Positions 27,501 through 46,391 of a stretch of DNA of 64,000 bases are shown here, piece by piece (within the stretch, counting starts at the first letter, position 1; the number at the start of each line of letters is the position of its first letter). Source of the stretch: Chrysomallon squamiferum (taxonomy: Eukaryota > Animalia > Mollusca); the NCBI GenBank assembly GCA_012295275.1, contig CM022668.1:3720001-3784000 (forward strand), in the 5' to 3' direction. The notes beneath the pieces are model-generated. The model worked only from the letters and a program-made list of their open reading frames with translations. It made no database searches and was not told the DNA's origin. A program made the position numbers and the translations under genes.

Positions 27501-30500
27501 TCTCATCAACGTTTCATCCATTATGGCTGCAGCATTTGATTAATCAATTTCCTGTTCTTTTTTTTTTTGGTTGTTTTTGTTATTATTGCTATTTATTTGG
27601 TTATTTATTTATTTATATTTTTATTTATTTATTTTATTTTTTATTTTTTATTTATTTTATTTTTGTATTTTAGTTCTTTTTAAAGTTTTTCACTACGTAA
27701 TTTGTCTGTTCTTATGTCATTTCGTATTTTTACTTTATTGACTGACTGCATTTTTATTTATCTCTTTGAGCAAATAATTTAATAAGAAAGAGTCAAAAAC
27801 CTCAGAGAAAAATAATCACAAATACACAGAGAGAGAAAGAAGAGCGAGAGAATATATATCTATACATCTTAATCCAACTGTCTATCTGTTTGTCTCTACA
27901 TACATACATACATACATACATAAATACATATATATACAAACACGCGCGCGCGCGCATACACACGCACGCACACACGTGTCTTTCAAACTGTGTGTGATTG
28001 TTCTCTCTCATTATTGCCTCTCTCTGTTTAACACTCTAAGTATAGGACAAAATGCAAAACATAGATGTATATGTAATATGGAGAACACAATATCGATTGT
28101 TGCTATGGTATTACACACGGTAATTCATTTGATACAGGAAATGACTGTTACCGCACTGAAATATGTCGATTATTTAGACTTGTATTGCTTACTAACTGGA
28201 AGTAATAAAATAACTAAAAGGAAAAAAAAATAACAATCATAAAGTCAAATTATATAAATAACATTATGAAGAAATGAGTCATAATAGAGTAACTTATTGA
28301 GTAAAATATGTATTCACTTATATATACATACATACAAACATACACACACACACATACATACATACATATATAAAATATAATACAACAGCAAAAATAACAA
28401 CAATAATAATAATTATGATAACAACAATACAAATATGATGCTAAATTATCTGAAGAGGTGAAAAGTCATAGCATTATGACGTCATAAAAAATGGAAGACA
28501 TTTGGACCAGTAACAGTTTCTAAATGTTCAAAAACAAATAAAACTGAGTGATACACAAACTGATATTAGGAAACTTGTGGAGTGTGTGGTTTCTGTGTTA
28601 TTAGCCTCACGTAATAAAGAACATGTGATTTTAAGCGCTTGTTTTCACAAATCTGTCACATACAAATTCTTACTTTATACTGACATTGCTCTGCTAAAAC
28701 ATGCTTGCCTTCACAGTTAATATATATATTTTAATTTTAATGTGCACGCAAAAGTTCTGTATGCATCTTTCTGTGTACTGATTTACCAAAAGAAAAAGAA
28801 AATCGAATAAAAAGAAATGTTTTATATAGTTTTATTTTACTTACCTCGTTTTGATCTTCTTGTGTCACACCGCCTCGTTAGAAAGAACGAGAGAATAATC
28901 AAAACATAATATGACGTCATCATTTAAATATTTGGAATATAACACGGAATAGATTCTTCTGATTCGTTAAATTAGAAATTAATGGTATGTCCAGTAAGAC
29001 AATATAAACGTTTTATACTTTTATGTGTATAATATATTACTCAGTTTTCGATTAGGCTAAAAGAGGATTCACTGAATGTCAAAACTAGCTATAAATACAT
29101 CAGTTGTAGAAGGTAAGGTAACTGTGAGATACCTGCTTACTGTTTTAGCCTTGGATTCTGCGGTTATGTTAATAATTTACAAGTAACGTGACTGAAACAA
29201 GAAAGACAGACATTGGTTTAGAGCTGAACAAACAATTAGCGATCATCCAACATTTGTATAACCCCTTCACGTGTCATTACGACATCGATATCGATTTAAC
29301 GAAGTCTTTTACAAGACCACCAGCATATGAATAACAATAACATTTCTGAACCGATGTCTTAGTTGTAATTGTGTGGTTACGTCATTTAACAGTCGACAGA
29401 AAGCATCGGAACACACCATGTCAGTTGAAAGTTTGTGTTTATGATTCTTCCACCAAGACAAAGAAAACAGAGACGGCGGACAAATGATTAGAACGTTGAT
29501 TTGAGAAAATGTCATTCTGAAATGAGTTTGTCTGGTAGAAGTACTATTCTTCGTTGTCAAAATGCATCAAACGTAATATTTACAAAAAGTTAATGTATCC
29601 AAGAGAACATATGTTTGTATATGCATGCGTGTCTTCGTACGTACATACTTGTGTATTTATATGTGTATGTATGTTTGTATGTCTGTAGGTATTTATGAAT
29701 TCAGAAATCTTATGCACATCTATTTAGACGTGATAGTCAGGAACGCGCTGCACTAGAGGACAAAGTCCAGTAAAACCTCACAGAAGTCAGACACCGCTCA
29801 CTAGACTCGAACACGTGACGCAGACTTCACTGGCGGATGTTGATACCACTCCACTATGAAGAAAACTGTTTTCAGTTGTCTACTAACTGGGGTAATCATT
29901 GCTTCCTGCTAAACAAATCATTCGTTCTCTTTGTTTATTTTTTTTTTTTTTTGATTCCATTTATTTTTAGTGGAAACCTGGCACTGACAGATTTATATTT
30001 AGAAATGAATATTGGCAAAGTATATCTAATTAGACTCTGCACATAAACGATATTTGGAAAGCACTGGCACTGGAGGAAGAATTCCAATCATAAATCTCAC
30101 AAACGTCATATAAACGAACAGTAACAAATTACATTACCTTCAAGTATATCTATAGTTACGTGAATAACAAGTGAATTTACAGTATATGACATTTCACTTA
30201 ACTGTATCTGCATAATAGAGTTATCTTCTCTTTTCTACATCTTCATACTCCGGGGATCGATAGCTTTGTCAGTTTGTTACCTCGAAGCTAATATTTGATA
30301 ATGTAGAAAAACAGATTCCAAAGAGGAAACTGCAAGACGGAGGCGCCAGGCTCGTACAGAGAACATCTGACAAGTTAAAACTGAAATCTCTCTTCTACCT
30401 TCAGTTTATCTTATTATTACTGCCACATTCCAAGACAAATACAAATTAACATACGGCAATATCAAAAAGTATTAGACACAGCAATGAGTAGAAAGTACTA

Positions 30501-30669
30501 ACCGGCTTTAAATTAAAACTGTGTGTGTTGATCTACGTTTACATTTGTGTTGTTACTGAAGGCTGAAATACTAGATTGTCTGATTTGTATTGTTTGTGTG
30601 GTCTGCAGTTTACCTTCGTCTGTCTGCTTCATCAATCACTCCTGTCAGTGTCATCTCGTTTATAGCAGT

Positions 30670-30770
<101 letters not shown>

Positions 30771-31139
30771 TTAAAAAAAATGTACTTGACAGTTTCTTTT
30801 CATTACAACAAACGTGTTTCAATTTGCTCCGCTGTTTGTTGCCTTCTCCACACTATTTTAAAAGAGCGATACTTTAAACAAAATCTTACAGCCACGTCTA
30901 ACTGGGATCTGAACTTAATTTGACTGTCAGTATTTATAAAGCTGGATATTATGAGACTGAAGAATGGATAACCTTGTAATTATCTGTTTTATTTAACCCG
31001 TCTATCAAATGAATCTCTGCTTTGCAAATACATTAAATTGTTTGCTAGTAAATGAGAAATTCAGTCTGTGTGACAGGAGTTTCTGTGTGAAATGTTTTGT
31101 ATTTGAAAACATAAACAATAAAACATATTTCATGAGTTA

Positions 31140-31450
31140 CATTTAGTGAAGTACAAAGTTATTATTTCTAAAAACAATGGATAGCACATATTACTTTGAA
31201 GTATAAAAAGTTATTATTTTTTTAAATAAGAGATAACACATATTACTTTGAAGTACGAAGTTATTCTATTTAAAAACATTTTGCAATAACACATATTACT
31301 CTGAAGTACAAACTTATTCTTTTTGAAAACAAGACATAACATATTACTCTGAAGTACAAAATTATTATATTTGATAACAACGGATAACACGTATTATTTT
31401 TGAAGTTAACGTTTTTGAAAACAAGAGATAACACATATTAATTTGAAGTT
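31140..31450. repeat. ~50-55-bp degenerate tandem repeat
   Basis: Recurrent GATAACACATATTACTYTGAAGTACAAA...GAAAACAAGA, 5-6 copies. Confidence 0.8.
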
Positions 31451-31819
31451 CTATTCAGTTCTATTCAGTTTTAGACTCCTCTGTTTTGTTATCCCTTCTC
31501 ACGACTCCTCTGATTGTATGACTGTTTATAATATAAAAATTAAAAAGATACAATTGAGTTTATTATACATTTATTCATAAATAAATTTGTAAAGTGGAAA
31601 TCTTGTGTAGGTCTAATAAAATTTAAAGTTCAGTTTGAACACAGATAAGTGTTTATTTTCGCTTTACGTAATCTGTTATCATCATGAATTTATGTTTCCA
31701 GCAGTCCAGTGTATTTTCTTTATAGAAAAAGAAATGAAGAAAAAATAAATAATTGCATAACACAGGTGTTTATTATCGGATTGGATGTCTTCCAGTTAAC
31801 GTCAACATCGAGGTTCTTC

Positions 31820-32420
31820 ATCTACCTGCCTACATGTTTATATTAAATCTACCCCACCTACATGTTTATATTAAATCTACCCCCACCTACATGTTTATAT
31901 TAAATCTACCCACCTACCTACATGTTTATATGAAATCTATCTACTTACCTATATGTTTATATTAAATCTACCTACCTACATGTTTATATTAAATCTACCC
32001 ACCTACCTACATGTTTATATTAAATCTACCCACCTACCTACATGTTTATATTAAATCTTTCTACCTACCTACATGTTTATATTAAATCTACCTACCTACA
32101 TATTTATATTAAATCTACCTACCTACATGTTTATATTAAATCTACCTACCTACATGTTTATATTAAATCTACCTACCTACATGTTTATATTAAATCTACC
32201 CACCTACCTACATGTTTATATTAAATCTACCTACCTACATGTTTATATTAAATCTACCTACCTACATCTTTATATTAAATCTACCTACCTACATCTTTAT
32301 ATTAAATCTACCTACCTATATGTTTATATTAAATCTATCTACCTACATGTTTATATTAAATCTATCTACCTACCTACTTGTTTATATTAAATTTACCTAC
32401 CTACATGTTTATATTAAATA
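31820..32420. repeat. 27/31-bp minisatellite
   Basis: ACATGTTTATATTAAATCTACCTACCT, about 20 copies. Confidence 0.95.
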
Positions 32421-32758
32421 TGGCCTTCTGATTAGAATCGATATATAAACGGACCAACAGAGACTGAATTCATTTTTTTCAGGTTTATCGAGTTTTGATT
32501 ACACAGACACAATAATTAAGATTAACTGAAAAACTGCTTTTGAAATTTGGGTCACGTGATATGATTAATCTTTTAAATTACATGATATTTGAAAACATTC
32601 TTATTTAGTGATGTCAAGATATTTTTTAATAATTCAAAGAATTTTTAAAATTTTATTTAGTTATTTATTTTGTTTCATTATACTGAGGATGTTATTTTTT
32701 TCAAGTATTAGTCTAACATTAAAAAGGTAGAACTATTTTACTGTGTTTCGTCAAGCGT

Positions 32759-33050
32759 GAGTGGATTGTTGTTACATTCAGAGTGGATTGTTGTTACATT
32801 CAGAGTGGACTGTTGTTACATTCAGAGTGGATTGTTGTTACATTCAGAGTGGACTGTTGTTACATTCAGAGTGGACTGTTGTTACATTCAGAGTGGACTG
32901 TTGTTACATTCAGAGTGGACTGTTGTTACATTCAGAGTGGACTGTTGTTACATTCAGAGTGGACTGTTGTTACATTCAGAGTGGACTGTTGTTACATTCA
33001 GAGTGGATTGTTGTTACATTCAGAGTGAACTGTTGTTACATTCAGAGTGT
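32759..33050. repeat. 22-bp minisatellite
   Basis: GAGTGGACTGTTGTTACATTCA, about 13 near-perfect copies with no spacers. Confidence 0.95.
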
Positions 33051-33350
33051 GTTGCTTTAATTACAGTCAGTCTGAACTGTGTGCATCGTATTGGTTATTA
33101 AAGTGCCAGATGTCAATAAAACGTGAAAAAATTAATTATTTACATATTGTCATCTAGTCTAATGAGAGATGTAAAACATTAATACAAATACTTAAAAAGA
33201 AAACTGATAAATAATTAAATTAGTATTTAAAACAGTAAGTTCAAAATGAAAAAAATTTCATGAAATTAATAACAAGAAAGTAGTCACTGGGCTAATGGAT
33301 TTAAAAATAAATTTCAACAAAATCAGTTTAAAACATTTTAACTCAAAGAC

Positions 33351-33468
33351 GATTTAAGAGAGGATGTTAAGAGAAAAGTATTGTAACTAAAAGAGGCACT
33401 TCTCAGATTTAAGAGAGGATGTTAAGAGAAAAGTATTGTAACTAAAAGAGGCACTTCTCAGATTTAAG
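33351..33468. repeat. ~55-bp perfect tandem duplication
   Basis: GATTTAAGAGAGGATGTTAAGAGAAAAGTATTGTAACTAAAAGAGGCACTTCTCA x2, with GATTTAAG microhomology at the end. Confidence 0.9.
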
Positions 33469-34541
33469 TGGTGTCCAAGGTGTCCGTCCCACATCAAATA
33501 AACAAAAGAAAAAAAACACACGCGCTATACCACATACTAAACGGGAATATATTTGCGAAAATGTAAAAATATTCAACATACATAATAAATAATACTTTAT
33601 TTAGTCAATAAATGTTGAAAATGAAATTTTATTTAACACTTTTTTGATTTTTATTAAAAGAACAAAAAGATCTATCATGACCATTGATAATCCATACTTA
33701 GACCACTATTTGAAACGATAAATATGTATGTGTTGTGTATGTGTGTATCTGTGTATGTGTGTATATGTGTGTATGCGTGTGTGTTGTGTATGTGTGTGTA
33801 TCTGTGTGTATGGGTGTATATATATGTGTGTTATGTGTGTTGTGAATGTTTGTATGCATATGTGTGTGTGTGTATCTGTATGTATGTGTGTATATCTGTG
33901 TATGTGTGTGTGTATCTGTACGTATGTATGTGTCACATTTTTTTTCTCACGTTCCTAACTTTACAGTTAATTTTACTGATATTTTATTTGTATTAAACTC
34001 TAGGGGTTTTTTTTATTTTTTTTTTTTTTTTTTATTTTTTTTTTTTAAAAAATAGAAAGAAAAAAATAAGAAGAAATGAAACAAATAATATTAATAAGAT
34101 TAACAATAATGACAGCAATAACAACAAAAATAAATATATTACAGAAATATATAATTCTCTGCTTTGATATCAGACCACAGAATAAAACGGTAAATATATC
34201 AACAAAACAGTTTTAGTGCAGTTTCGACAGACCGTCCAATGCTAAGCATCTCCCTATGTTTATAAATACACATATAATGATTATATACCTGAATAAACCT
34301 ATACTTTAGATCTACAACACCGCCATGCAGGGTTCCAATCGCATTTTGCATTATATTACAGAAAACCAGCGATAGATATCCGTACAGAAACTGTACAATG
34401 GTTTTTAACGGCAGACTCGTCGAATCAGGTTTTAACCTGCACGACAGAAAACTCGCTGTCAACAAGTAAGTGAACTTCACACAAATGTTGCGCATGGATT
34501 TCAGATTTGGCTGGGAGGCTCCCAAGTTCACAGATTAGTTA

Positions 34542-39434
<4,893 letters not shown>

Positions 39435-39552
39435 CTGCAGCTGACTTTCTGTTTATGTCTGTCGTCTGGACACAAGTTATTTTAACTCTTACAGCGGGGC
39501 TGGTTCTGTCGCACAAATACTAGACATCTCGCTTGGTTTTTTACCAAAACTT

Positions 39553-39558
39553 AATAAA
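39553..39558 (+). promoter_or_regulatory. Candidate polyadenylation signal for nAChR-B
   Basis: First AATAAA about 120 nt after the stop codon; weak evidence in AT-rich DNA. Confidence 0.3.
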
Positions 39559-39739
39559 AATTAAAAGCGAACCAGTCGTTATCGGTGTAAGAAAAGAAAA
39601 GTGTTACCATGGCAATCAACTAGTTAAACTATCAGATATATGCTAGGAGATAGTTATGAGGACTGTTTCAGTGTAACGACTGATCTTCTCAGCTTCCAGA
39701 AAGCCTGAGTATAAATAAATGAATGAATGAATGAATGAA

Positions 39740-39778
<39 letters not shown>

Positions 39779-41224
39779 AACACAACAACAAAAATATTTG
39801 AGCTACATTTTATTTAAAATATAAAAAAAGAACTTTTCTTATATATATAACAAGTATTTGTCATGTCACAGATAAAGTATGTTTATGTTGTGTGAGTGTG
39901 TGTGTATGATTGTGAGAAAAAAGTGTTTAAAATATGGAAATAGTCAAAGGCATGAGTTCAACCACAGAAAATAAATTTCAAAGATCACAGTTTACATAAA
40001 AAAAATGTAAATAGTATCAGTTTTAAATATGTGTGTAATGAAAAGAAATAAACAAGATTATTTTATTCTGAAGAATTCTTCAAGGGAGGTAATATTACCG
40101 GAGGGGAAAAAATCTAGAACACAGACAGAAACACACACACACACACACACAACAATATATATATATATCTGTATGCTATATTTTAACGTTTAGTGATTCG
40201 AACACTGATGTCATCACTACTTGGGAAAAATGGCGGCAGAAAGATAATTTTAATGATACTTTTTGTTGTTAAATAAAAAATAAAAAATATTTCTACGTAT
40301 CAGCAGAGGCAGAATGTATGATACACACAGAAAATTTATTGCAAGTGAATTATCAACATAATGTTTTGAAATTTAAAATAAATAATTTTTCTTTTCAGAA
40401 TAATTAGACAACTATGAATTTCATTTAAAAAACAGGACCAAGCAAACAAATTTAAAAAAAGAAATAAAGAAATAAGTAAATAATTAAATAAACGAAAAAA
40501 TAGATAATAAAATTAAAAATGAAGTAAAATAAAATAAAAGCAAAGATAAGAAAGAAAGAAACCTTAAGTTTGGTTCATGATCGAACTATTGTAATACAGT
40601 TTATAATGAGAGGAAAAGATGAAAAGAAAAAAAAAAAAAAAAGCAGGAATATGTGTCACGTGAGCCATTTCCTAGAAAAATGAAAGAAAAAGAATAATTT
40701 CAGTTTTAACTATAGTATTGAGCGGAGAAACATAAACAAACAGTAAGTGCTATATGTAACGATTAAGATCTCTGTTTACACTTTATCTGTGTCTTTTGTT
40801 TCTAAGAATCTAGATCTTTACTGACATATGAACAGCTTTGAATAACTCTTCGAACTGTAGGCACAAAACACCCGCTTTGACCTTCTCAACATACAGTAAA
40901 GAAAGAAAGAAAATGTATGTTATCTTGTTAATAATTAAAACTGATAGAGGAGTATCGTCAAACAAATATTTCCCCTTTATGTGTCAGTGATAAATATTTA
41001 CAAATAGGTAATTCCAAGGACTATCTAGACTCTGGAGTAATTGAATAATGAACAGATACTGTTGATCTTTTTGACATGCAAACACATCTTATAAATGTCA
41101 AGTATATGACTAACATTTTTTTAATTTCATATATTAAATCGACAGCGTGATCAATATATGTTTGATAAAATACAAACACATTTTTCATAATTTCGGCTAT
41201 GTAATGTCACTTCAAAGGCTACGT

Positions 41225-41350
41225 TCTTACTATATACGGGAAGGTAAAATACATGACCCTTTGCTGCTAATCAAAAAAAAGTACCCAATGACGTGACAGC
41301 AACAGCTTTCCTCTCTCCATTATCCAAATAGTCCCTAGACATAATCTGAT
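41225..41350 (+). mobile_element. Degenerate SINE-like relic (related fragments at about 5757-5835 and 14090-14160)
   Basis: GACCCTTTGCTGCTAATCAAAA...ACAGCTTTCCTCTCTC resembles AAAAGATACCTTGCTGCTAGTAGATAAGAGT..ACAGCGGTTTTTC at 14090. GGTATGTGCTATCCTGTCTGT at 5760 recalls the Meta-domain SINE core (from memory, not searched). Confidence 0.4.
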
Positions 41351-41721
41351 ATATTATCAATATTTTTGAATATTTTTTAACTTTTATATGTCATCTTATC
41401 TTTTCGTAGCGCATATAATAATTGTTTGTTTAGGACTTACTTTTTTCTTTCTTTTTTCATCTTCTCCTTTTTTGTCATCTTCTTTCTTCTTGCTGTCTAG
41501 TCGCACTGATATTTGTCTTGTCTGTAGACTGCCAGGAACAAAATACTGAACATTTTCACAAACTCTTCAAACCAGTGATCCACATCAAAAACATATTTCA
41601 TGTAATATTATCCACATATATCAGTAGTGTAAGACTCAAATCTTTATTAATAAACTCATCTAGATATGCATCTTCATTTAACAATATATATATATATATA
41701 TATGATACTAACATCAGTATA

Positions 41722-41829
41722 GCTGTTATTATTATTATTATACTATCATTGTTTATTTATTATTTTATTTTATTTTTCTTAATAATTGGTTTGTTATATT
41801 TTTTTTTTTTTTCAGATAATGACTCTCAA
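41722..41829 (+). repeat. Displaced copy of nAChR-B intron 1 end plus part of exon 2 (35830-35966)
   Basis: GCTGTTATTATTATTATTATACTATCATTGTTTAT...TTTTTCTTA.TAATTG...CAGATAATGACTCTCAA is shared, with an internal deletion across the acceptor. Confidence 0.85.
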
Positions 41830-41999
41830 ATAGATATAAATTTCTCTTAATCTTTTTATGTAATTTTCTGCTGATGTTTACTACTTTTGTTCACTATTTC
41901 CAGTTCGTCACATTTTAACTTCTCTCTTTAAAGGTAGAATAAAATAATTTTTATTACAAAACAGAAAAGTCCGTTATTTGTAGATAACTTTTACCTTTT

Positions 42000-42398
42000 T
42001 TATATATACATACCTACATACATACAAACATATATACATACATACATACATACATACAAACATACATACTACATACCTACATACATACAAAGATACATAC
42101 ATACATATACACATATATACATATATATACATATACATAAATACATACATACCTACATACATACAAACATACATACATACATACATACATACATACATAC
42201 ATACATACATACATACATACCCACATACAAACATACATACATACATACTTGTATACCTCATGCATTCATACATCGCACATACATACATACATCGTACATA
42301 CATACATACATACATATATATATACACGCGTACACACATATAAATAAATACACATATGCATACATACACGCACATACAACTTATACACATGCACACAT

Positions 42399-42436
<38 letters not shown>
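42000..42436. repeat. (TACA)n/(CA)n compound microsatellite
   Basis: Seen directly. Confidence 0.92.
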
Positions 42437-43382
42437 AAACATTCACAGTTATGCATACAGTTATTTGTATCATTATGTAATAATAAATAAATAAATAAAT
42501 AAATAAATAAATATAATAACAACCTGTTTTTCTTCGAAAAAGAACTTATCTGGATCAAATACTTTTGTTGTTGTTAAGTGAGTCTGACGTAAACTGTTTA
42601 TGACGTAATACAGTGGCTACATGCTGCAGATTATTCGGTTTTCAAATTCCGAAACAGATGAAAACTAGAGGTGAAAAAACTGAAAAAAAAAAAAAATTAA
42701 CATGCTAATCAGAGCAAGCTGTTGTGAAGCACGTTAAATAGAGGTAATATTATTTGTAAGTCATAGTTGTAAAATCTAAGTTGTTTAATTACTAATACTT
42801 CAATATACATTTGATTAACTATTATTATTAATTACTATAACACTGCTGAGTTAAATGTTTCAGTCAAATGTTGTTAGATTGCTCTTGCGATAGTCAGTTA
42901 TACATCAGCTGTCAGTACCTGCTTAGATATAACACTGGCTAACTGTTCTTAGCATCATTTATTTATTTACTTACAATTAATTAATTAGTTTGGAGGTTGG
43001 TGTAGGAAGCATATCTTATTTTTTTTAAATTATTTTTGTTTTCACTTTTAAATTTACGGATGTTTTCCTCTCCGTTGAACTTGAAACGCATTTGTAAAAT
43101 TATATAACAACTCTGCTGGTAACAATTTTAAATATGAAAGTATATAAAAAGTAAAAAGTAAATATAAAGTATCATCATCACCTTAGAAAAAACATAACCA
43201 TTGTTTAGCTAAACAGTTTTTAAAATTTTCTATCGATCTCAAGAGAGACTCAATTGCAGACAAATACGTATGAGATGAGTTCGCCTCGACGATGTCTATA
43301 AACACTTCACAGTTTGTTATTCTCATTCTAGTCTACAGAGGAGGTGTTTTCTTAAAATCCACGAGGCAGAGGTAAGTATAAC

Positions 43383-43775
43383 ACACAGTCACATACACGA
43401 ACACACACACATATACAGTCACATACACGAACACACACACATACACAGTCACATACACGAACACACACACACAAACACAGTCACATACACGAACACACAC
43501 AGTCACATACACGAACATACACATACACAGTCACATACACGAATACACACATACACAGTCACATACACGAACACACACACACACAGTCACATACACGAAC
43601 ACACACATAGTCACATACACGAACACACACACACATACAGTCACATACACGAACATACACATACAGTCACATACACGAACACACACATACACAGTCACAT
43701 ATACGAACACACACACATACAGTCACATATACGAACACACACACATACACAGTCACATACACGCGCACACACACA
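43383..43775. repeat. CA-rich ~25-30-bp minisatellite
   Basis: ACAGTCACATACACGAACACACACACATAC, about 13-14 copies. Confidence 0.92.
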
Positions 43776-44663
43776 CATATATATGAGAATAATTTTAACG
43801 AGAAATTATTATATATTTGTTTCCAAAAACATATCTGCAATTTAGAAAAAAAGAAAATTTTATTTTTTTTTTTTTTTTTTCGTTTAACGATAATACTGAA
43901 ACACAGAAATTAGCTTTTGCCATCGGCAGTTATTTATCAGTTTTTACATAGTTTTTATAAGCCATCCTTCAGGTTATTTTCCTTTTGGTGGGTGCAGATA
44001 CATTTGTAAGAAAATCAGAGAATTGTTAAAGCATGGCTGTAATGTCGCAGGCACAATTTATAATATTTGATCATTTATATTCAGATAATCGTAGCCTAAA
44101 TTAATGCCTGTTAAAAAGAGACGACAGATATCGGCACTGGAGGAATATTTTTTTTTTTTTTTTTTTTTTTATTTATCATAATATTTCTGCATCTGGAAGG
44201 AAAAATATATTTTATATATATGTATCTAAAAACCAAGAGCGCCAATGTTATAACTACCTAAAACAACTTATTTTATGTTAGACATGTGTTTTATCAAAGA
44301 CTTTAAGAAAGAAAGAAGTAAGAAATTATTTATTTAATGACATAACACATTTTTATATTAAACTGCCTGTTGGTGCCTACATTAAATTAAAGTTTTATAT
44401 TTGTCACTTTATATTTTATATTTTCGTCTGAAACAGCTTTTGTTTTTCTTGTCTTCTTTTGATGCCATTATGAGAGAGCTTATATTGTTATAGATACACA
44501 TGACTAAATGATTTTAAATTTTTATTTATGTAGCAGGTTAACTAATTTATAATTAATTTATTAGATGTTTATAAATATCTGTAATAAATATACACACAGA
44601 CACACAGACACACACACACACACACACACACACACATTTGGTTGTTTGTTTTCTTTTTACTAG

Positions 44664-46353
44664 GACAACGGACAAACTGCTGAGTCTGATGCTCACGCGC
44701 GACTTTGTGTTCGCTCAGTACAAAACGTTCAGCGCCTCGGAGTGTACACGATAACAGAGCTGTCCTTGACATTTTCACGTCACCGGAAATAGCAGCAGAT
44801 ACAAGGAAAGTCACTGTCCGCTTTCTGGAGCTGGGCGAGGTTACCAACGACGGCAGCTTCCCTTCAAAAAAGACACGCGATCTGATGAGTTTGACCCAGC
44901 AAGACGAACGGAATGGATGACAGCTACACAGTCACGTCTGGTTCGCTCACCAGTCCTCACATAGTTTTCATGTTTTTATCTTCAGCAGCGAAGGAGAGTG
45001 GACCATTGATGGTGAAAAGAATGCTGTTGTCATTGGCGATGTTGACGTGAAAATTAGTCTCTGTTGATATCAGGAACTGACGGAGTCGCGTACGAGATGG
45101 GTGTGGAACAATATTGAAACTGTCAAAAAAAGTTGGTTCTGTTATGTGGAAACAAAAGAGCGTTTTATTGGTAAATAAAGATCGTGACGTCATCAACATT
45201 ATACATGCAGACCAATCATTGTGTATCCTATATTAATGTCCTTTGTGTCAACCATGACGATTTTGTATCTCAAACCAAAATTTATTAAACAAACAAAGAC
45301 CACAAAAACAATTTAAAAAAAAGATAATAAATATGCATTGGTTATATACTCAGAGACGACCAGCAGTCAAATATATCTAAAATATAAAGAATTGAAATTT
45401 AAAAAAATTAATAATAATAAAAACAATAAAATAAAAAAATACAATTTTGTTTGGTTGTTTATGTGTTTCTTTGTGTTTGCTCAGGTGGTCAACACAGGAC
45501 AGTACAATAACCTAGACGACCAAAGGCTTAGGTACGAAAATGACTACTTTCTGTTTCGGTTTCCACGATCCACTTCTAGTGTTTCAACATCCTATGAAAT
45601 GTTTGTAGTTCCTGCACCTAGAGATATCATTTTCAATACTGCTGACAGTCACCTCAGTATTGCAGGTTTGACAGAAACAATTACAACTGCATCTACACCG
45701 AACAGCGCCAGACCAATTATCATTAAAATTGTCTCAGATAAGAATAGTCGACGCTGCTAATGCCACTTCAGTTTCCTCTAACTTCGCTAAAGCAAGATTC
45801 CGATTCGATGACGTCAAAGACATAACTGTTTCCAAGTCACAAATTCCAGCCACTGTGTTCAAAGGTTCTGCCAAAATAATGGGAGGAATATTTGAAATGT
45901 CTCTCCTTATCTGCAAAGCTGATGGCACAGATTTCACTAACCTGATTGTCAGTGTGGGTGACGTGAGGGTGCAACTGCACGGTTGCATGTTTCTCGAGCT
46001 TGCCGTACAAAGTCTGAATTTTAACCTGACACAGCTGAAGTGAAGTGAATGCTGACGACGTGTTCTACCACCTCGGCAACAATTACATCCTCGTCCTTGC
46101 CAACCACGTTCACAGCGTTTTCTGATTTATTTTAGTGGTTTAAATGTAGAAGATACCATTCGTTATAAACTGAGAGTGTATTATAACACACATTCAAAAT
46201 TTTCCTGTTTGAGCTAGCAACAGTGTCATCTGATGACTGTTTTGATAATATCTCAACGACAGCAAAAGAAACATATTTATATTTATCTCCATGCAGCTGA
46301 TATTCTTTTAATATCATCGTTGTTCAGTTTGAGTAAAATTTTTAAAAGTAATG

Positions 46354-46391
<38 letters not shown>

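Noticed and set aside
32759-33050. Regular 22-bp repeat array as a possible CRISPR
   Set aside because: Units are contiguous with no unique spacers, there are no cas genes, and the context is eukaryotic.
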